Shown here in pieces: positions 12,950 to 26,462 of a DNA stretch of 64,000 bases. A program made the position numbers and the translations under genes. The notes beneath the pieces were generated by a model that made no database searches, was not told the origin of the DNA, and was given only the letters and a program-made list of their open reading frames with translations. Origin of the DNA: Epiperipatus broadwayi (Eukaryota > Animalia > Onychophora); NCBI GenBank assembly GCA_028023455.1, contig JAQFVV010000001.1, positions 28,334,001 to 28,398,000 of the forward strand, read 5' to 3'. How positions within the stretch are numbered: the first letter of the stretch is position 1; each line of letters opens with the position of its first letter.

Positions 12950-13790
12950 CTAGCAAAAGTGTTATATGCCTACTTGCTGAATATGGGCACCTTCGAATTA
13001 CTTCTCTTGGGATGCTATATGCACTGATACCAGCAGCTACTTCACTCTTCAAAGAAATTTGGAACTCTTTATCCAAAGATAATGGAAATATTGAAATGAA
13101 AATATTTTTTTGTCATTCAGGACATCAAGGGTAACATGACAACAGTTCTGATGACAAATTTAGAAAAAAAATATTGTGAGCCAAATCAATTAGTAGAGGG
13201 GGCATTCTAATACAGATATTGGTTTACTGAGACAATGTTGTGTGAGTTGGTGCATTTTTACATTCATATCAAGATTTTCAGTTAAAGATTTTTCTAGCTG
13301 CTTCTTTATTGATATTTATTTGGTCTGCCATACTTTTTTTATAGTCAGCCAATGATTTTGTAATATAATATAATAAATTTTTGAAATGTTTTCATCAGTT
13401 TGCTTCTCATTGGCTATCACCTCTCTTCATCATTGATGCTTTCTCTCAAACCTCAGAAAAAATGTTTATTCCATCTGTACACTGTCATTTTCTTTATACC
13501 ATTATCCTCATAAATTTGAACTATTGTGTCCTTGATTTCACTTCCACTTTTGGCAAATTTAACAAGAAATTTAATGTTTTTGTTCATCATTGTAAGTCAC
13601 TCTACAATATTCTCATGATAATAAATACCACTCAGCAAGACACTGCCACATGTCAACATGAGCACAGCTGTAAGATACTGATTAACTTTTCAACTTTACT
13701 GAATTTTTTGTTCTGCTGCCCATGTAAATTCACAATGGCAAGTTCATAAATTTAATTGTGAGATTTCATATTTGTTAATTTAATTGAAGG
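12950..13790 (-). mobile_element. Decayed, internally deleted mariner transposase
   Basis: Minus strand encodes IKFLVKFAKSGSEIKDTIVQIYEDNGIKKMTVYRWNKHF...ESINDEER (mariner N-terminal HTH). A degenerate C-terminal RWxKC-like remnant lies near 13030. Ends are approximate. Confidence 0.8.
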
Positions 13791-13949
13791 TGATGTCACT
13801 TGTGGTTGATGATGTTTAAAGTGCAAATATCAAAAATATAAAATAATTTTAATAAGCAAAATTAAATGAAGGGCTTTATCTTGCATGTTCTGATAAGACA
13901 TATCTTTAAGAAGTGATGGAAACTGATAGGATTATCTATGTGATTTCCA

Positions 13950-14840
13950 TAGCCCCTGTCTATATATCCTCCAGTGACTCTTGGTTCCATGCCTTCTACT
14001 TCTGGTTTATGCTGTTACTGGCTGACCTTATCTTCTCTTCAACTTTTGACTCTAACCTTTCCACTACTCTTTCTATCTGACTTATGTCACACTGCGTATT
14101 CGCCAGCATCCTCTTATTTTTTAATCTCATCACTTCAAATGTCTCCTCTTTATCTAACTTTTTTATTCCTCTTCCAGCTGCCCTATGTCTACTCTCAAAT
14201 CTGAATACGCTGAGTTTATCTCTACACTCTCTTCCCTATCTAGTTCCTCACACTCATATGGTTCTATGCTTTTTTGTTCATCCAGCTTGATTTCCCTGTC
14301 CTGTCCATTCCCTATGTCGTTTGCATCTGATTGCTTGGTGGATTTCTTCTCTGACTTCAGCAATTTTTTTATTATTCTCCATTGCTAATTTTACACACCA
14401 TTCTTCCATTTTTTTTGTCCTGGCATTCCTTCATAAACTGCTGTTGTACCATTCTCATTTGCATGAGCACATTCATCACATCACTAAAGTCTATTTTATC
14501 TTTCACTTCCCTTTGTGTGATATTCCCTGCATCCCTCTCCTTATCTTCATCCATTTCTCTCACTTCATTTACTTGAAGGTCCATTTTAGTTTGGGACCTT
14601 GTACGCATAGATATAATTTTTACCTAACTCTTCTTGATATATTAATATATTTTTTTCTCTACTGATTCTTTCCTTTCTATTTTGATTTGCTATTTGGTTC
14701 TTTATTATAGAATTATTAGCATTTAGAACGCTAGCCAATCCAAACACACTTGCTCTGGTTTACCATTTTGTCTACTTGCCCTAGAATTATTTTTGATTGC
14801 CTGCCCTACTTTGATGACTGCCCTCTATTTGACTACATAT
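13950..14840 (-). mobile_element. Gypsy-like gag N-terminal relic
   Basis: MRTRSQTK start followed by a long disrupted coiled coil (14608 down to ~13960). Upstream is a PBS-like TGGTAAACCAGAGC just after a CA at ~14765. Confidence 0.55.
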
Positions 14841-17383
14841 GTAAACTCTTACTCACTCTACTTGAGTAAATGACATGATTATATATTTTTTATATTTTAA
14901 CTATAATTCAAACAATCGATGTTGCTGATATACTTTAATACTAAGTATATCATTTATTGATCACTTTATTGTTAAGGCTATTTAAAATTCATAAACATAT
15001 ATATTTCCAACTTACTAATATTTTATGTTACACACTCTGTTTGTACTTTATTGATCACTTTATTATTACAGCTATAAAATCATACATATATTTATTTATT
15101 TTTAATTTAACTGGAATATGCGACTATTTTAGAATCACACATATATTTCCTTCAACTTAACTTACATAGACTATTTTATTATTTATAATTAAAACCTTCC
15201 TGAAACTTTATTTTATTCTACTGGACTTAAACACTTTATATCTTGTTAACTGCAATTACATCTGGATAATCTATCTTTTATTGCTACAATTATATTTGAA
15301 TACTTCTTTTTTTACATTAAATGCTTCGCAACGAAACTTCAAAAGCTTTTTTGATATTAAAATTTCCCTCTTTCTTTCTATCCTTTTTACATATTTGATG
15401 TCGAAATACATATATAAAGTATTACATAGCACAAAAAAAAAAAATTACCCCCTCATCTTCGTTCCTCACTGCTCTGATTTGTTAAACTAATTATATATAT
15501 ATATTTTAAATATTTACTTTATTTTACAAAATTTACCCAACATGTGATTACCAATTGCACAGCAATAGATCCCAGACTGGCCCCCAAAATGTAACAGAAA
15601 CGTAAAATTTGATCGTTGTTTCTTTTTATTTATATATAATATGGATTTTTTAATTCAAAATCATTCACCTTCCATTACCGCAAGCAAAGAGAACATGAAT
15701 ATAAACGAATCTATATCCATACTTGACCCAACCTGTGATTATACAGATCTTGCCCCAGGTTATCTTTCCCAGGCAAACGTCTCGACTGCTGTAATTATTA
15801 AAGAATTACAGCGCTTGGATAAATTATAAATTTAATGGGATCAGAAATGCCATACCACTAGCTTCACTTGTTATTTAGTACTCAAAATGGGGTAATAATT
15901 ATAACCCAAACTCCTCCGGGTATATTAACTATTTGAAATGGCGAAGAAACAAGATGAAACAGACAAAATAATTAAGGAATCATTAATATAATAAATAAAT
16001 AACAAAAGAGAAATCAATTGAAATACTTACATACAATAAAAAAATCATTTTGATATTATGCTATGATTAAGCGTATGGGTTAAATCCTATAAATGATTAT
16101 AATCTATGAAAATAAATTATCCATTTACTGTCATCATTTCAACTATTAGAAAGAGTCTAATTACTGTCTATATCATTAATATCTGGAATTTGCAATTGCT
16201 TTAAATCAAGAGTATGTGCACATGTGTTCTTTAAACGTGTGTTATGTAATTTACCTAGGTTTTCTTCTCCGTCATGAGTTAAGGTTCTGCTGACCATCAT
16301 GTGAAATTCCTCCACTATCAGTGATGGCATCTCTTAGGCTTGGATTTGGTTTGTGGAATTTCTTCTTATATCCGTAATGACTTCTCTATACTAGGACATC
16401 AAGGGCATGGCAGGCGGATCATTAGGTAGGTACTACACAGGCAGTTGTTACATGGTGAGGTGACCGTATGAGCATGGCGGGTCTGAATTGACCAGCGATC
16501 GTGATGTCCCATAGTCACACATCCTTGAAGTTTCACTTATGTTGTAGATTCCTTTCATGTCATACAGTGTTTAGTCTTCTATGTCAAGTTCCTTTTACTC
16601 AGCTTTCTGTTTTTTTCTTTTCAAATTTAAAATTTCATGTCTTCTTTCTACTATATTCTAATCTGCTTCTTATCAGAGCAGTGTCCTCACTGAAGTCTCT
16701 ATGTGAACTCCTTTTAGAATTAATTCATTAATGTTTTTTTCCAAATTCTTTCATTATCTTGGTCTTTTTGTTTGTAGCTTTCCTTTCACACCTTTCACTT
16801 TAAGACACTTCAACAACTTATACAAATTTACTTTTTTCATACAATCTTGTAGCAATATTTTACATTTATTTATTGTTTATTTTCTTTCTTTTTTTTTTCT
16901 TTATAAAATTATTTTCAGTTGACATGCATTAAACGTTGCTCTCTTTATACATTCTTTAACACATGCTTTTTAGCTTTTCGTCAAAATGTGTACTTTTCTA
17001 GAACAGATCCTTATCTTTTGTCACATTTAAAATTCTATTTCTAATCTTATTTAAACTCCTCAATTTTTACCTTTTTTTTTTATAAATCGTTTTTAAGTTC
17101 ATATTTCGTTTATAGTTCCTTTCTCACCTTTGATTTTAAACCAAATATATGATTTCAATCTTTTCTAATTTTACTTCTTATATTTTTCAAAATATAAACT
17201 TTTGAGGGTAAAAGATAAGAATCTTACTGGATTCCATTTCCCTCTCTTTTATTTCATTATGATAATTAATTACATTTTCTTTCTTTATTAGTTTAATTCT
17301 TTTATTTATTTGGGTTTTTTTTTTGTCTATTTCGAAAAGCAAACTACAATATTTAATATTGTTTAATATTAAATATATACATG

Positions 17384-19136
17384 TGTAATCGCAGTATTGC
17401 GATCATCACTGTATATATATATATATTATATAATCAAATGTAGAAAAAGAACCTTCAGGAGAGATGTAAAATTTATATTCTTTTTTTATATATAATTTTG
17501 TTTTATTTAATAAAAAGAAAATATTTCGATGTTGAAAAATGAAACAGATGTTATCTACAAAATGCTATTTACAATATTTATTATATAAAGGTATTTTTTA
17601 AAAGGTTTGAATAGACTATAAAAATAAAGCTTGCTAAAAGGTTTTCTTTTGTAAAAAGAAATGAGAAGATAAAAGAAGCCGTATCTGAAACAATGGTATG
17701 TTGGACTAAGTAGATCACATAGGACAACAGTCCTCAACCTTTTTGCACTTAAGAGCACATTCTATAATACTAGCCAGGTGGCAGGCACATTTATTTTTTC
17801 ATTATAGTTGGATATTGTTAATAATACACATAATGCACAAAAAAATATTTATTTCAAAAATAAAATTTTGACATTTGATTACAATATAATACAATAATGT
17901 ATAAGAAATGTTAAAAAATAAATTTATTTGTATCAGATAAATAATTTTTTATCATGTTTGGGTAGTGGCGGGCACATATAAAATGGTCTGCGGGCACTAT
18001 GGTGCCCATGGGCATAGAGTTGCGGTTTCTTGACATAGGATAAGAGTAAAAATATTGAACATTTTGATGGGTTATGGGAAGGATTGCATCAGAAAAAGGA
18101 ATTATAGAAATATAAATATAAAAGAAATGAAGAAACAAGGATTATTATTGACTGATTATTATTGCCTTGTGAATATTGACTGCTGTTTATTAATTACTAT
18201 TCTGAATAATTGAATTATACTATTGGACAAAAACTATATGCCTACCAGCATGATGATGTGGGAGCAAAGACCTAAATGTGCTGGGCTTTATCCCACTGAT
18301 CCATGGAGGAAAAAAATATGCTACATGATACTGTCATTGATCGAAGTTGAAGTCCGCATACAAACCCATTTGTCATATTATAGTTCATCACTTTTTCATA
18401 GAAAGTTTTCAAAGTAAAGACATTTTAGGACAATCTTCATGGCTATGCTTTCACTGAGTAAGCTTACTTTTCGTGTGTATATGAATGATCTCAGTTCTCT
18501 GAGGTCTAAAAGCAACATATTTTTTAGTTTATAATTGTACGAATTTTAAGTCATATATTTACAGTTTATAGTTTCTTTATATTTGCAGTTATGTAAACAA
18601 TATTAAAACAAAATAATTAATTTTTGCATTTAATAATAATTTCTAACAAGTGTATATAGTTTTTTTTTCTATAATTGTTAGCTTAGTTAAAATATATGTA
18701 TACATTTTCAAATAGTTTAATGCGATTTACTCTGTTATTAAGTCATCTCTGTGAGTATAAATACTACCTGCCCTGAGTGAGCTAGTTAGTCGTCATTAAT
18801 TCTTATGTAAACCATAGGATTGGTGCTTGGAATCAGATAATACTGATGTCCATAAATATGCTGATCAGTGAATATTGATTAGAAATTTGGAAAGGTTAAT
18901 GCCAAATATATATATATATATCATTAAATTTTATTTTTTTATAGGAAATGAGTTTTAGAATATCTTACCTCCAGGTCCATGGCTACTATAAATCTATCTC
19001 AGTAGATAAATTAATAGGTTTTATTCATGAATAATTCTTGTTAATTTATAAATGAAGGGTTTAATACAAATAGCATATGATCAACCATGAGAGTTGACCA
19101 AATATAGTTGGATGAATTAGAAGTGTCCTGTTACCA
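17384..19136 (+). repeat. 5' LTR (about 1.45 kb without the nested hAT MITE)
   Basis: Starts TGTAAT, ends CCTGTTACCA, and is colinear with 21190-23828. Confidence 0.65.
17725..18032. mobile_element. hAT (Charlie-like) MITE, 308 bp, with 8 bp TSD
   Basis: Flanked by ACATAGGA at 17717-17724 and 18033-18040. Begins CAACAGTCCTCAACCTTTT. Absent from the other LTR copy. Confidence 0.88.
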
Positions 19137-21847
19137 TGGTCTTTCTACAATGGAGGCTATGAAGAATGGAGACTGTTAGGAGTAGAAAATAATAAGTTGT
19201 GGTCTATATTTGGTTGAATAAAGAAACGAGAAAATTTTGTTGTTTTTTTTCAATAAGAATTAGAATCAAGAAATATATTAAAGCAGATTATAGATAGAAT
19301 AACCATTAAAAATAACATATGACAGGTAGCATAATATTTCTCTGACTTGGAAGTTAAGCCTGGCATGATTGTTGTTTAGGATATATAGGAATATATATAA
19401 AAGAAATAACATGAGTGTGAAATAGTCATGGTTAGAGAGGGCAAAGGAAGTACATGAAAACCCAATCACAAAAGAAAATGTACCAGCAGAAAACTGAAGA
19501 GGAAAGAGAAACATGCATAATGGAGGTTATCATGAGAAAACTACAATAATTAGAATAAAAGATGGAGTCAAGATCTTAAGGAACTATAAGATAGAATTGA
19601 AAAGAAGTTTCAAGAATTATAGCTAGAGATTAGAGAGAGAAAAAGAGAATAGTCAGGGGGGATAGAGAGGTAGTGATATAGAGAAGAAACAAAGTATAGC
19701 TGAAATCAAAGATGAGTAAAAAAAATGGAAATAGATGAGAGTCAGGACATAAGTGAGGAAAAGTCAGATAACAAGCATAAAAATAACTAGGGTGAGAGGT
19801 CACAACAAAGTACCCACAGGCTCAGATTAACATGAAGCAATTTCTAAAAGTTCAGGGTTTGCCGATCAAATGGGAGAAGCTCCTGTAGGGCACTTGAAAA
19901 GCTTTTAACGATATTTTGACATCCACCCAATGTCTAAAGGAGGAGGAAAAATAGTGATTATAAGAGAAATAACAGTGGAGAAATAGTGATAAGATTTAAC
20001 AAAAATGATTGGGCCTAAATCAAAAACCAAAGAACTGTAGAAAAAAAGATGATGAAATAATACCGAAATGGTATGGTGGAAGCGAAGAATAGCGACTGCT
20101 GTTTAGGCTGACCTATGACTGGAGAAATGGTCATGTCCACAGGCACAAAAAGATGGCCAATAATCAAATCATTGGAAAAAAATATAAAAATATGTGTAGA
20201 ATTATATATTCTGAAATTAGTTATGATTTAGTATGTGCTAGCATTTATCATTAGTTGTTATATGGGGTAGGTATATAGATTCTAGTAGAAAAGAAACAAA
20301 TATATGTATTTTTTTGCTTTTGATTCTAGTGAGTTAAATAGATTGTGGCTGTGGGAGCTTTGAAGAAGAGCAGTCTCTCAATTTTGACAGTGGATAGTGG
20401 GGCTGCTAGATCAGATGTGTGGTGTATTGTGTATGGTGGTTTCTGAGTCTGGATGTGGTTTGTACCAAGAGTGAGAACCTATATAATCTCTCATGATGTA
20501 GATGACAAAAGTCTGCCATTAATCTAAAGCCTTTAAGACTGAGAAGATTATGTTGTACAGATATTAATTACCTTACCCATAAGACTCCATAAATGAGCAG
20601 GGTCTTGGGTGATACGTATTTAACTCTAAATCTCATAACAAGGGTCATTTATCTAGAATTTTTTCCACTTCTAAAACTCTGAAGCATTAGAGTATGGTAA
20701 GGATAATTCTTCTTTCTTTGGAGTCATGTGGCCAGGTTTAAGCCAGCTGGAAGTTGACTGTATATTGTACTTAGCAAACCATGGATTTATTGTTCGTGGT
20801 CATACCCATTATTGTGGGTGGTTTTTCTTTTTTGGTCTTGGAGCTACATGGTGTAGATGAATGTAGACAAAGAGTCATGGTTTAGATAATGAATTGGAAA
20901 TAAATCAAAAGGGGATAGTAGTTTTAAAAAATGAATATTTATTATTCTCAAAAAATATTATTAAAAATTTTTTGCAGTTTTGCTTAAGTTAAAGTCATCA
21001 AAACATATAGACCTTGTTTGAAAGATTCTGACAGGGCATATTGTAACAGGAACCAGGTATTAACCCTGTTACAAGTTAAAGGAACTCTATATAGCTACAT
21101 ATATATTTAGATGAGGTAATGAGATATTTATTTAATTGAGGCACAATAAATGAATAGTTAACCAAGATGGGCTTAAGGTTTTTTTTTATTATTATATAAT
21201 CAAATGAAGAAAGAAGAACTTTCTTGAAAAACGTATAATTTATATTTTCTTTATATATAATTTTGTTTTATTTTAACAAAATGAAAATATGTTGATAAAA
21301 AATGAAACAGATGTTGTCTTCAAAATGCTATTTATAGTATTTATTGTATAAAGTTATTTTTTTAAAAGTTTTGAATGGATTGTAAAGATAAAACTTGCTA
21401 AAAGGTTTTTTTTTTTTGTAAAAAGAATTGAGAAGACAAAAGAAGCTGGATCTGAAACAGCAGTTTGTTGGACTAAGTAGACCACATTGAATAAGAGTAA
21501 AAATATCAAACATTTTGAGGAATTATAATAAGGATTGCATTAAAAAAAAGGAGAGAGAGAATATTCTAGAATAAAAAAGAAAATAGAAATAGAAAAAAAA
21601 ATCAAGAAACAAGTATTATTATCGACTAATTATTATTGCCTTGTTTATATTGACTGTTGTTTATTACGTAATATTCTGAATAATTGAATTATACTATTGG
21701 AAGAAAATTATATGCATACCAACATAATGATGTGGGGATAAAGACCTAAATGTGCTGGGATTTAGCCCACTGCTCCATGGAGGGAAAAAATGTGTTACAT
21801 GATACTGTCATCAATCGAAGTTGAAGTTCACATCCAGACCTGTTCAT

Positions 21848-22335
21848 CATAAGATATTGCTCATCACTAATTCATAGAAAGTTTCAAAGTAAGGACATTT
21901 TGGGACAATCTCTATGGCCATAGCTTCACTGAGTAAGCTTACTTTTTAGGTGTATATGAAAAATCTCAGTTCCCTGGGGACTAAAGGTTATCGATATGTT
22001 ATTTTTAATTTATAATTGTATGAATTATAAATCACATTTTTACAGTTTGTAGTTTCTTTATATTTGAAGTCATGTAAACAATATTAAAACAAAAATAATC
22101 TTTACATCATAAGATATTATAGCCCATCACTAATTCACAGAAAGTTTCAAAGTAAAGACATTTTGGGACAATCTTTATGGCCATAACTTCACTGAGTAAG
22201 CTTACTTTTTGGATGTATATGAACAATCTCAGTTCCCTGGGAACTAAAGTTAATCTATGTGTTATTTTTAATTTATAATTGTATGAATTATAAATCATAT
22301 TTTTACAGTTTGTAGTTTCTTTATATTTATAATAA
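21848..22335 (+). repeat. About 255 bp tandem duplication inside the 3' LTR
   Basis: aagatatt..catcactaattca.agaaagtttcaaagtaa.gacattttgggacaatc occurs at ~21850 and ~22110. The 5' LTR has a single copy. Confidence 0.88.
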
Positions 22336-22690
22336 TTTCTAACAAGTAAAAATATATATATATATTCTTGCATTTTATTAAACAATTGAGCATTATTATT
22401 TAGTTTCTTATTTTTATAATTGCTAACTTAGTTAAAATATATGTACTTGTTTTCAAATAGTTTTTGTGTGATCTACTCTGTTATTAGCATACCTTCATCA
22501 GTATAAATATTACCACTCTTGAGTGAGCTAGCTAGTAGTCAGGCTTCCCATTAGTGCACTATCATCAATCTTATTAATCTGTCAATATAATTCTTATGTA
22601 CACTATAGGATTTGCACTTAGTATCAGATAATATTGATGTCCATAAATATGTGGATCAGTGAATATTGATTAGAGATTTGAAAAGGTTAA

Positions 22691-23582
22691 TCTTCTTGCA
22701 GGGCAGCAAACCTTTTCACATTTCAGCATTTTCTGGCATTTTTTTGTCTCATACATCAATATAAAATATATGATAAAATGATTATTACTTATTAGAAAAT
22801 AATAAATTTGGCTTTATTTGATAGATATTTTTGTTTACCACTGAAATAAATTTAAATGTTCACATTTTGTTTCTATAAATATTTAAAAAATGAGATCATC
22901 ATCAAAACAAAAACTTTATATATTGTTGCTTCTATAAAGATTATTTTCTGTTTATAAAATGAATGAAATATTTTTTAATTCTTATTATTTTTAAAAATTG
23001 AAATGAATATTTAATTATTTCTCTTATATCTAATGAATTATGCTTTAAAAGTTTAAAATATTTGAATATCGCAAAACTGTGATTTTTTCAAACTCATAAA
23101 TAAGTAAATTACTTGCATAAAAACTAAGCTTGTAAAGTTGCTTCAGGCCATATTCACACTAGCTGCTAATATAACATTATATTTTTGAAAATAAAGTATT
23201 TTAATTCAAAATAAGTTATTAACAATTTATATTTCTTGATATCTAATAAATATAATGTAAATTATTTTTTAAAAAATATTTAAAACCGTAATAAGTTTGT
23301 AAATAAACATGTTTTTGGTCATTGGAATAAACAATATTGTAAAACGCAGAACATTTTACAGCCTTGGCAACAGACAATGGCTGAACATGTCAGGGCTGGG
23401 CTTATATCTATTGTAAGAGCAGGAATTTTGAATTTCCCCTCTTCTAATGCAAATTTTTCAGCAAAAATTTATAATTAAATATACAATTTTACATGCATTT
23501 TAATGTATAATACTTACGAAAAAATTCACCAGGGGTAAATTGGTCTAAAGCCAAATTTCTAATGTCCCGCTAAAAGATATGG
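22691..23582. mobile_element. piggyBac-like non-autonomous insertion at a TTAA site
   Basis: TTAA at 22687-22690 and 23583-23586. The empty site ggttaatgcc is present in the 5' LTR. Imperfect TIRs tcttcttgcaggg / cccgctaaaagatatgg. Confidence 0.7.
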
Positions 23583-24465
23583 TTAATGCTGAGTATATAT
23601 ATATGTATCATTGTTTTATTTTTTTCATGGGAGATGAGTTTTAGAATTACTTACCTCCTGGTCCATGTCTACTATAAATTCATCTTGGTAGATTAAAGAT
23701 AATAGGTTTTGTTCATGAATAAATCTTGTTAATTTATAAATGATAGGTTTAATACATATAGTGTATTATCAACCATGAGAGTTAACCAAATATAGTTGGA
23801 TGAAATAGGAGGGTCACAACCCGTTACATAGAATAATATCATCATTGCTTGCTTAAGCTTTGAAAAACACTTGTCTACTAGATATTTTAAAATGGCTTAT
23901 TCTCATCTAGATTTGATTAGACTTATCATGAGGTAAAAAAATATAAAGTCCCTAGATACTAAGATAGATTGTTATTCTTTCATATTTGACCAGATCTAGC
24001 CTGGGAAAAATATAATGACTCTAAAAGCTAAGATTGATTATGCATTTGAATAAATTAATAATAAAACAGAAAATCAATGAAGATAAAATCAATTAGCATG
24101 TATATACTTGCTACAGATATAATTAAAATTCTGATACTCATTGTGGAATTAAAAAAAAAATTATTTTATTTTTTTCTGAGGAAGAAAAGCAAAATTAAGT
24201 TGTTTTATGATTTGTTGAATAATTTTTTTGATAAAATGCTTATAAAATGTTTTATTCACACATATATTTATATAAGCACTGAATTAAAAAAAAAACAACT
24301 CTTTTGAAATGATTGATTAATTTTATCTGAATGCATATATATGTTAAGTTTCTGAAGTTACCTTGATATATACATATTTTCAATATAAAAGAATTTTAAA
24401 TTGTTACAAATTGATGTTAAATATTATTCATTTTATAAAATAATTGAAATTATAATGTTTTTTAG

Positions 24466-24510
24466 TCTTTTGGCACTGTGACAGATTTAATTGTCCCTGA
24501 TGAGAGTTTT
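24466..24510 (+). CDS. Candidate 45 nt exon (SFGTVTDLIVPDESF)
   Basis: gttttttag acceptor, strong gtaagc donor, open in phase 0-0, GC above background. Confidence 0.55.
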
Positions 24511-25222
24511 GTAAGCATCTAACATTCGATTTTAATAGTAAACCACTATTCTATATCAGAGTATATTTCATTTGGTGGCAATTTACAAAAAATAATTTTA
24601 TAGAAATGGTATTTGAATTTTGAAAATATTGAAAAAATTACATTGAATATAAGCAAAGAATGTTTTCATCATTTAATAGTTGGAATGAGCTAATAAATTT
24701 TATAAAAATCAAAATTTTTTTTTATTGATATTTGTATTTAAAATGTGGATGAATAAATATCACATATCAAATTATTTTTTTATAATTTTTACAATTTCAC
24801 AATATAATGTAACAAACTGTCTTGATAATATATTAGCAATCTGTTTGAAAAAGCATGTTTACCAGAACTTGCAATTTGTTTTTTTAACACTATACTAAAA
24901 CTTATCTTCTTTTTTGAATATATACATATATGCATGAAATAAATGTGGAATCTTGTATAATTTTGATTTTTAATAATTTTTATACTGAATTGTTATGGAA
25001 AAATTAATCATGACTCTTAAACTAAAAAAAAATGTTTTTCTGTCATTCTAAAAAAATTTTTTAAGTAAATAATATCACAAAGCATCTAAAATTTGAAAAC
25101 ATATTAAGACTCATCAAATTTGTCAAAACTTATCTAAAACTCTTTGAAAACATATTTTTATTCATCCTGATGTCATACTTTTTTTTTGGAATTAAAAATA
25201 TTAGAATAAAATATCTTAATAG

Positions 25223-25298
25223 ATAACTGTACAAGCAAAACTCCAGTGTTTTGTCAAGATTTCTTTGTACAAAGTTCCTTGCATTGATAAAGCAGATG
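25223..25298 (+). CDS. Candidate exon (ITVQAKLQCFVKISLYKVPCIDKAD)
   Basis: cttaatag acceptor, open in phase 0 and compatible with the previous candidate. Weak gttaaa donor. Confidence 0.35.
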
Positions 25299-26422
25299 GT
25301 TAAAGCACATTTTACATAAATAAATTCACTTATCCTATTACTTTTTTTAATTGACATCAATATTATAATTCTAAAGTATATGATGTTTACATGTTTCTGC
25401 TTTAAGTCACTCTTGTGCTATCTTTGGCATTATTTTGCTGGTTTACATTCATTTGATAGTAAAAACTAGAACTAAAATAATATTTATTTATTAATTTTAA
25501 AAAAATCTCAAAGTGTCATTATTGAGAGAAACCTAATATCAGTGATTCCACAATATTGTTAATTAATATTTTTTAGTTCTCTTTGTATAAGAGTGCTTGT
25601 GAGAGCTATTGAGCATATTCATTCTTTTGTTACATTACAAAAATGTAAACATTTTCTGTTCTTTGTTTACATATTAATGATTATTTTTCTAAAATATTTG
25701 TGTAATATTTATTTTTAGATAAATTATGTGATAAGATTCATATTTTATATGAAAGTATTTTTTTCAAAAAGGCAAACCAAGATAAATCACTAACATATGG
25801 TGGCATCTTGCAATTGAATGAATGATGTCATATTCATCATAGCTGATTTATTTTTATCATTTTTTTTAATCTATAAGTAGAATTTTGTTAACTTTAAGTA
25901 ATCTGAACAATAATTTGTTTTGATTTTAGATCAAATTTAAAACAAATTTAATTTTATTAATTTAATATAAAAATCAGCTGTGTGGTAATTTTTTAATAAG
26001 AAAAATGTTATTGCTCTTATTATTCTTATTACATATTTCAGTTTAATTTTATTTTCATATATACAAAGTTGAAATTACATTTTTAAGAATCATTTTTATT
26101 TGTAAACATATATTTCTAACAAATAATTAAAAAATTCTGAAAATATAAGGAATAAAAGTAATTTGATTAAATAAAAAGTTAGAAATGTAATACTACTGCT
26201 ACAAACTTACATAAAAAATACAAACAAAATAAAACATTATTAAAGTCTAGCCATTTTTATCTTCTCAGCATTCCATCTTTATATATTTTTTAGAGTTATG
26301 TACATTATGACTTTGATAATTTTTCAAGCAAATAAAATTTTAACAAAGCTTCAGGTATTATTCCTGATGTATATAAATTAATTTTTGCAAAAGTATAATA
26401 GTAGGGATAGCTATTTTTTCAG

Positions 26423-26462
26423 AAATGTATAAGGAACTGATCCAAAGTTGTTCAAAATCATG
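26423..26462 (+). CDS. Candidate exon (EMYKELIQSCSKS)
   Basis: ttttttcag acceptor, phase 1 compatible with the previous candidate. Weak gttatg donor. Confidence 0.3.

Larger units (their letters stand above)
17384..23828 (+). mobile_element. Old non-autonomous Gypsy-type LTR retrotransposon (long LTRs, gag plus protease relic, no RT/IN)
   Basis: Long direct repeats 17420-19136 and 21190-23828 both end in GTTAC(C)A. TGGT follows the first copy. The internal region has a gag-like coiled coil, HLKSF*RYFDIH, and the protease motif ILTVDSGAARS (DSG at 20393-20401). Confidence 0.7.
21042..23828 (+). repeat. 3' LTR with an internal tandem duplication and a nested insertion
   Basis: Purine-rich GAAAGATTCTGACAGGGCATAT precedes TGTAACAGG at 21042. 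Homology to the 5' LTR runs from ~21190. Ends CCGTTACA. Confidence 0.6.

Noticed and set aside
15574-16140. CpG-containing segment with ORF MDFLIQNH...IIKELQRLDKL, possibly the 5' end of a Penelope-like element
   Set aside because: Only a vague resemblance, with no diagnostic motif, TSD or ribozyme.
16140-17200. Minus-strand coiled-coil and Cys-rich relic suggesting a LINE ORF1
   Set aside because: Too many stops and no assignable motif.
24495-24530. CTGATGAGAG as a fourth hammerhead
   Set aside because: No stem II closure or GAAA follows, and the sequence is better explained as part of the 45 nt candidate exon.
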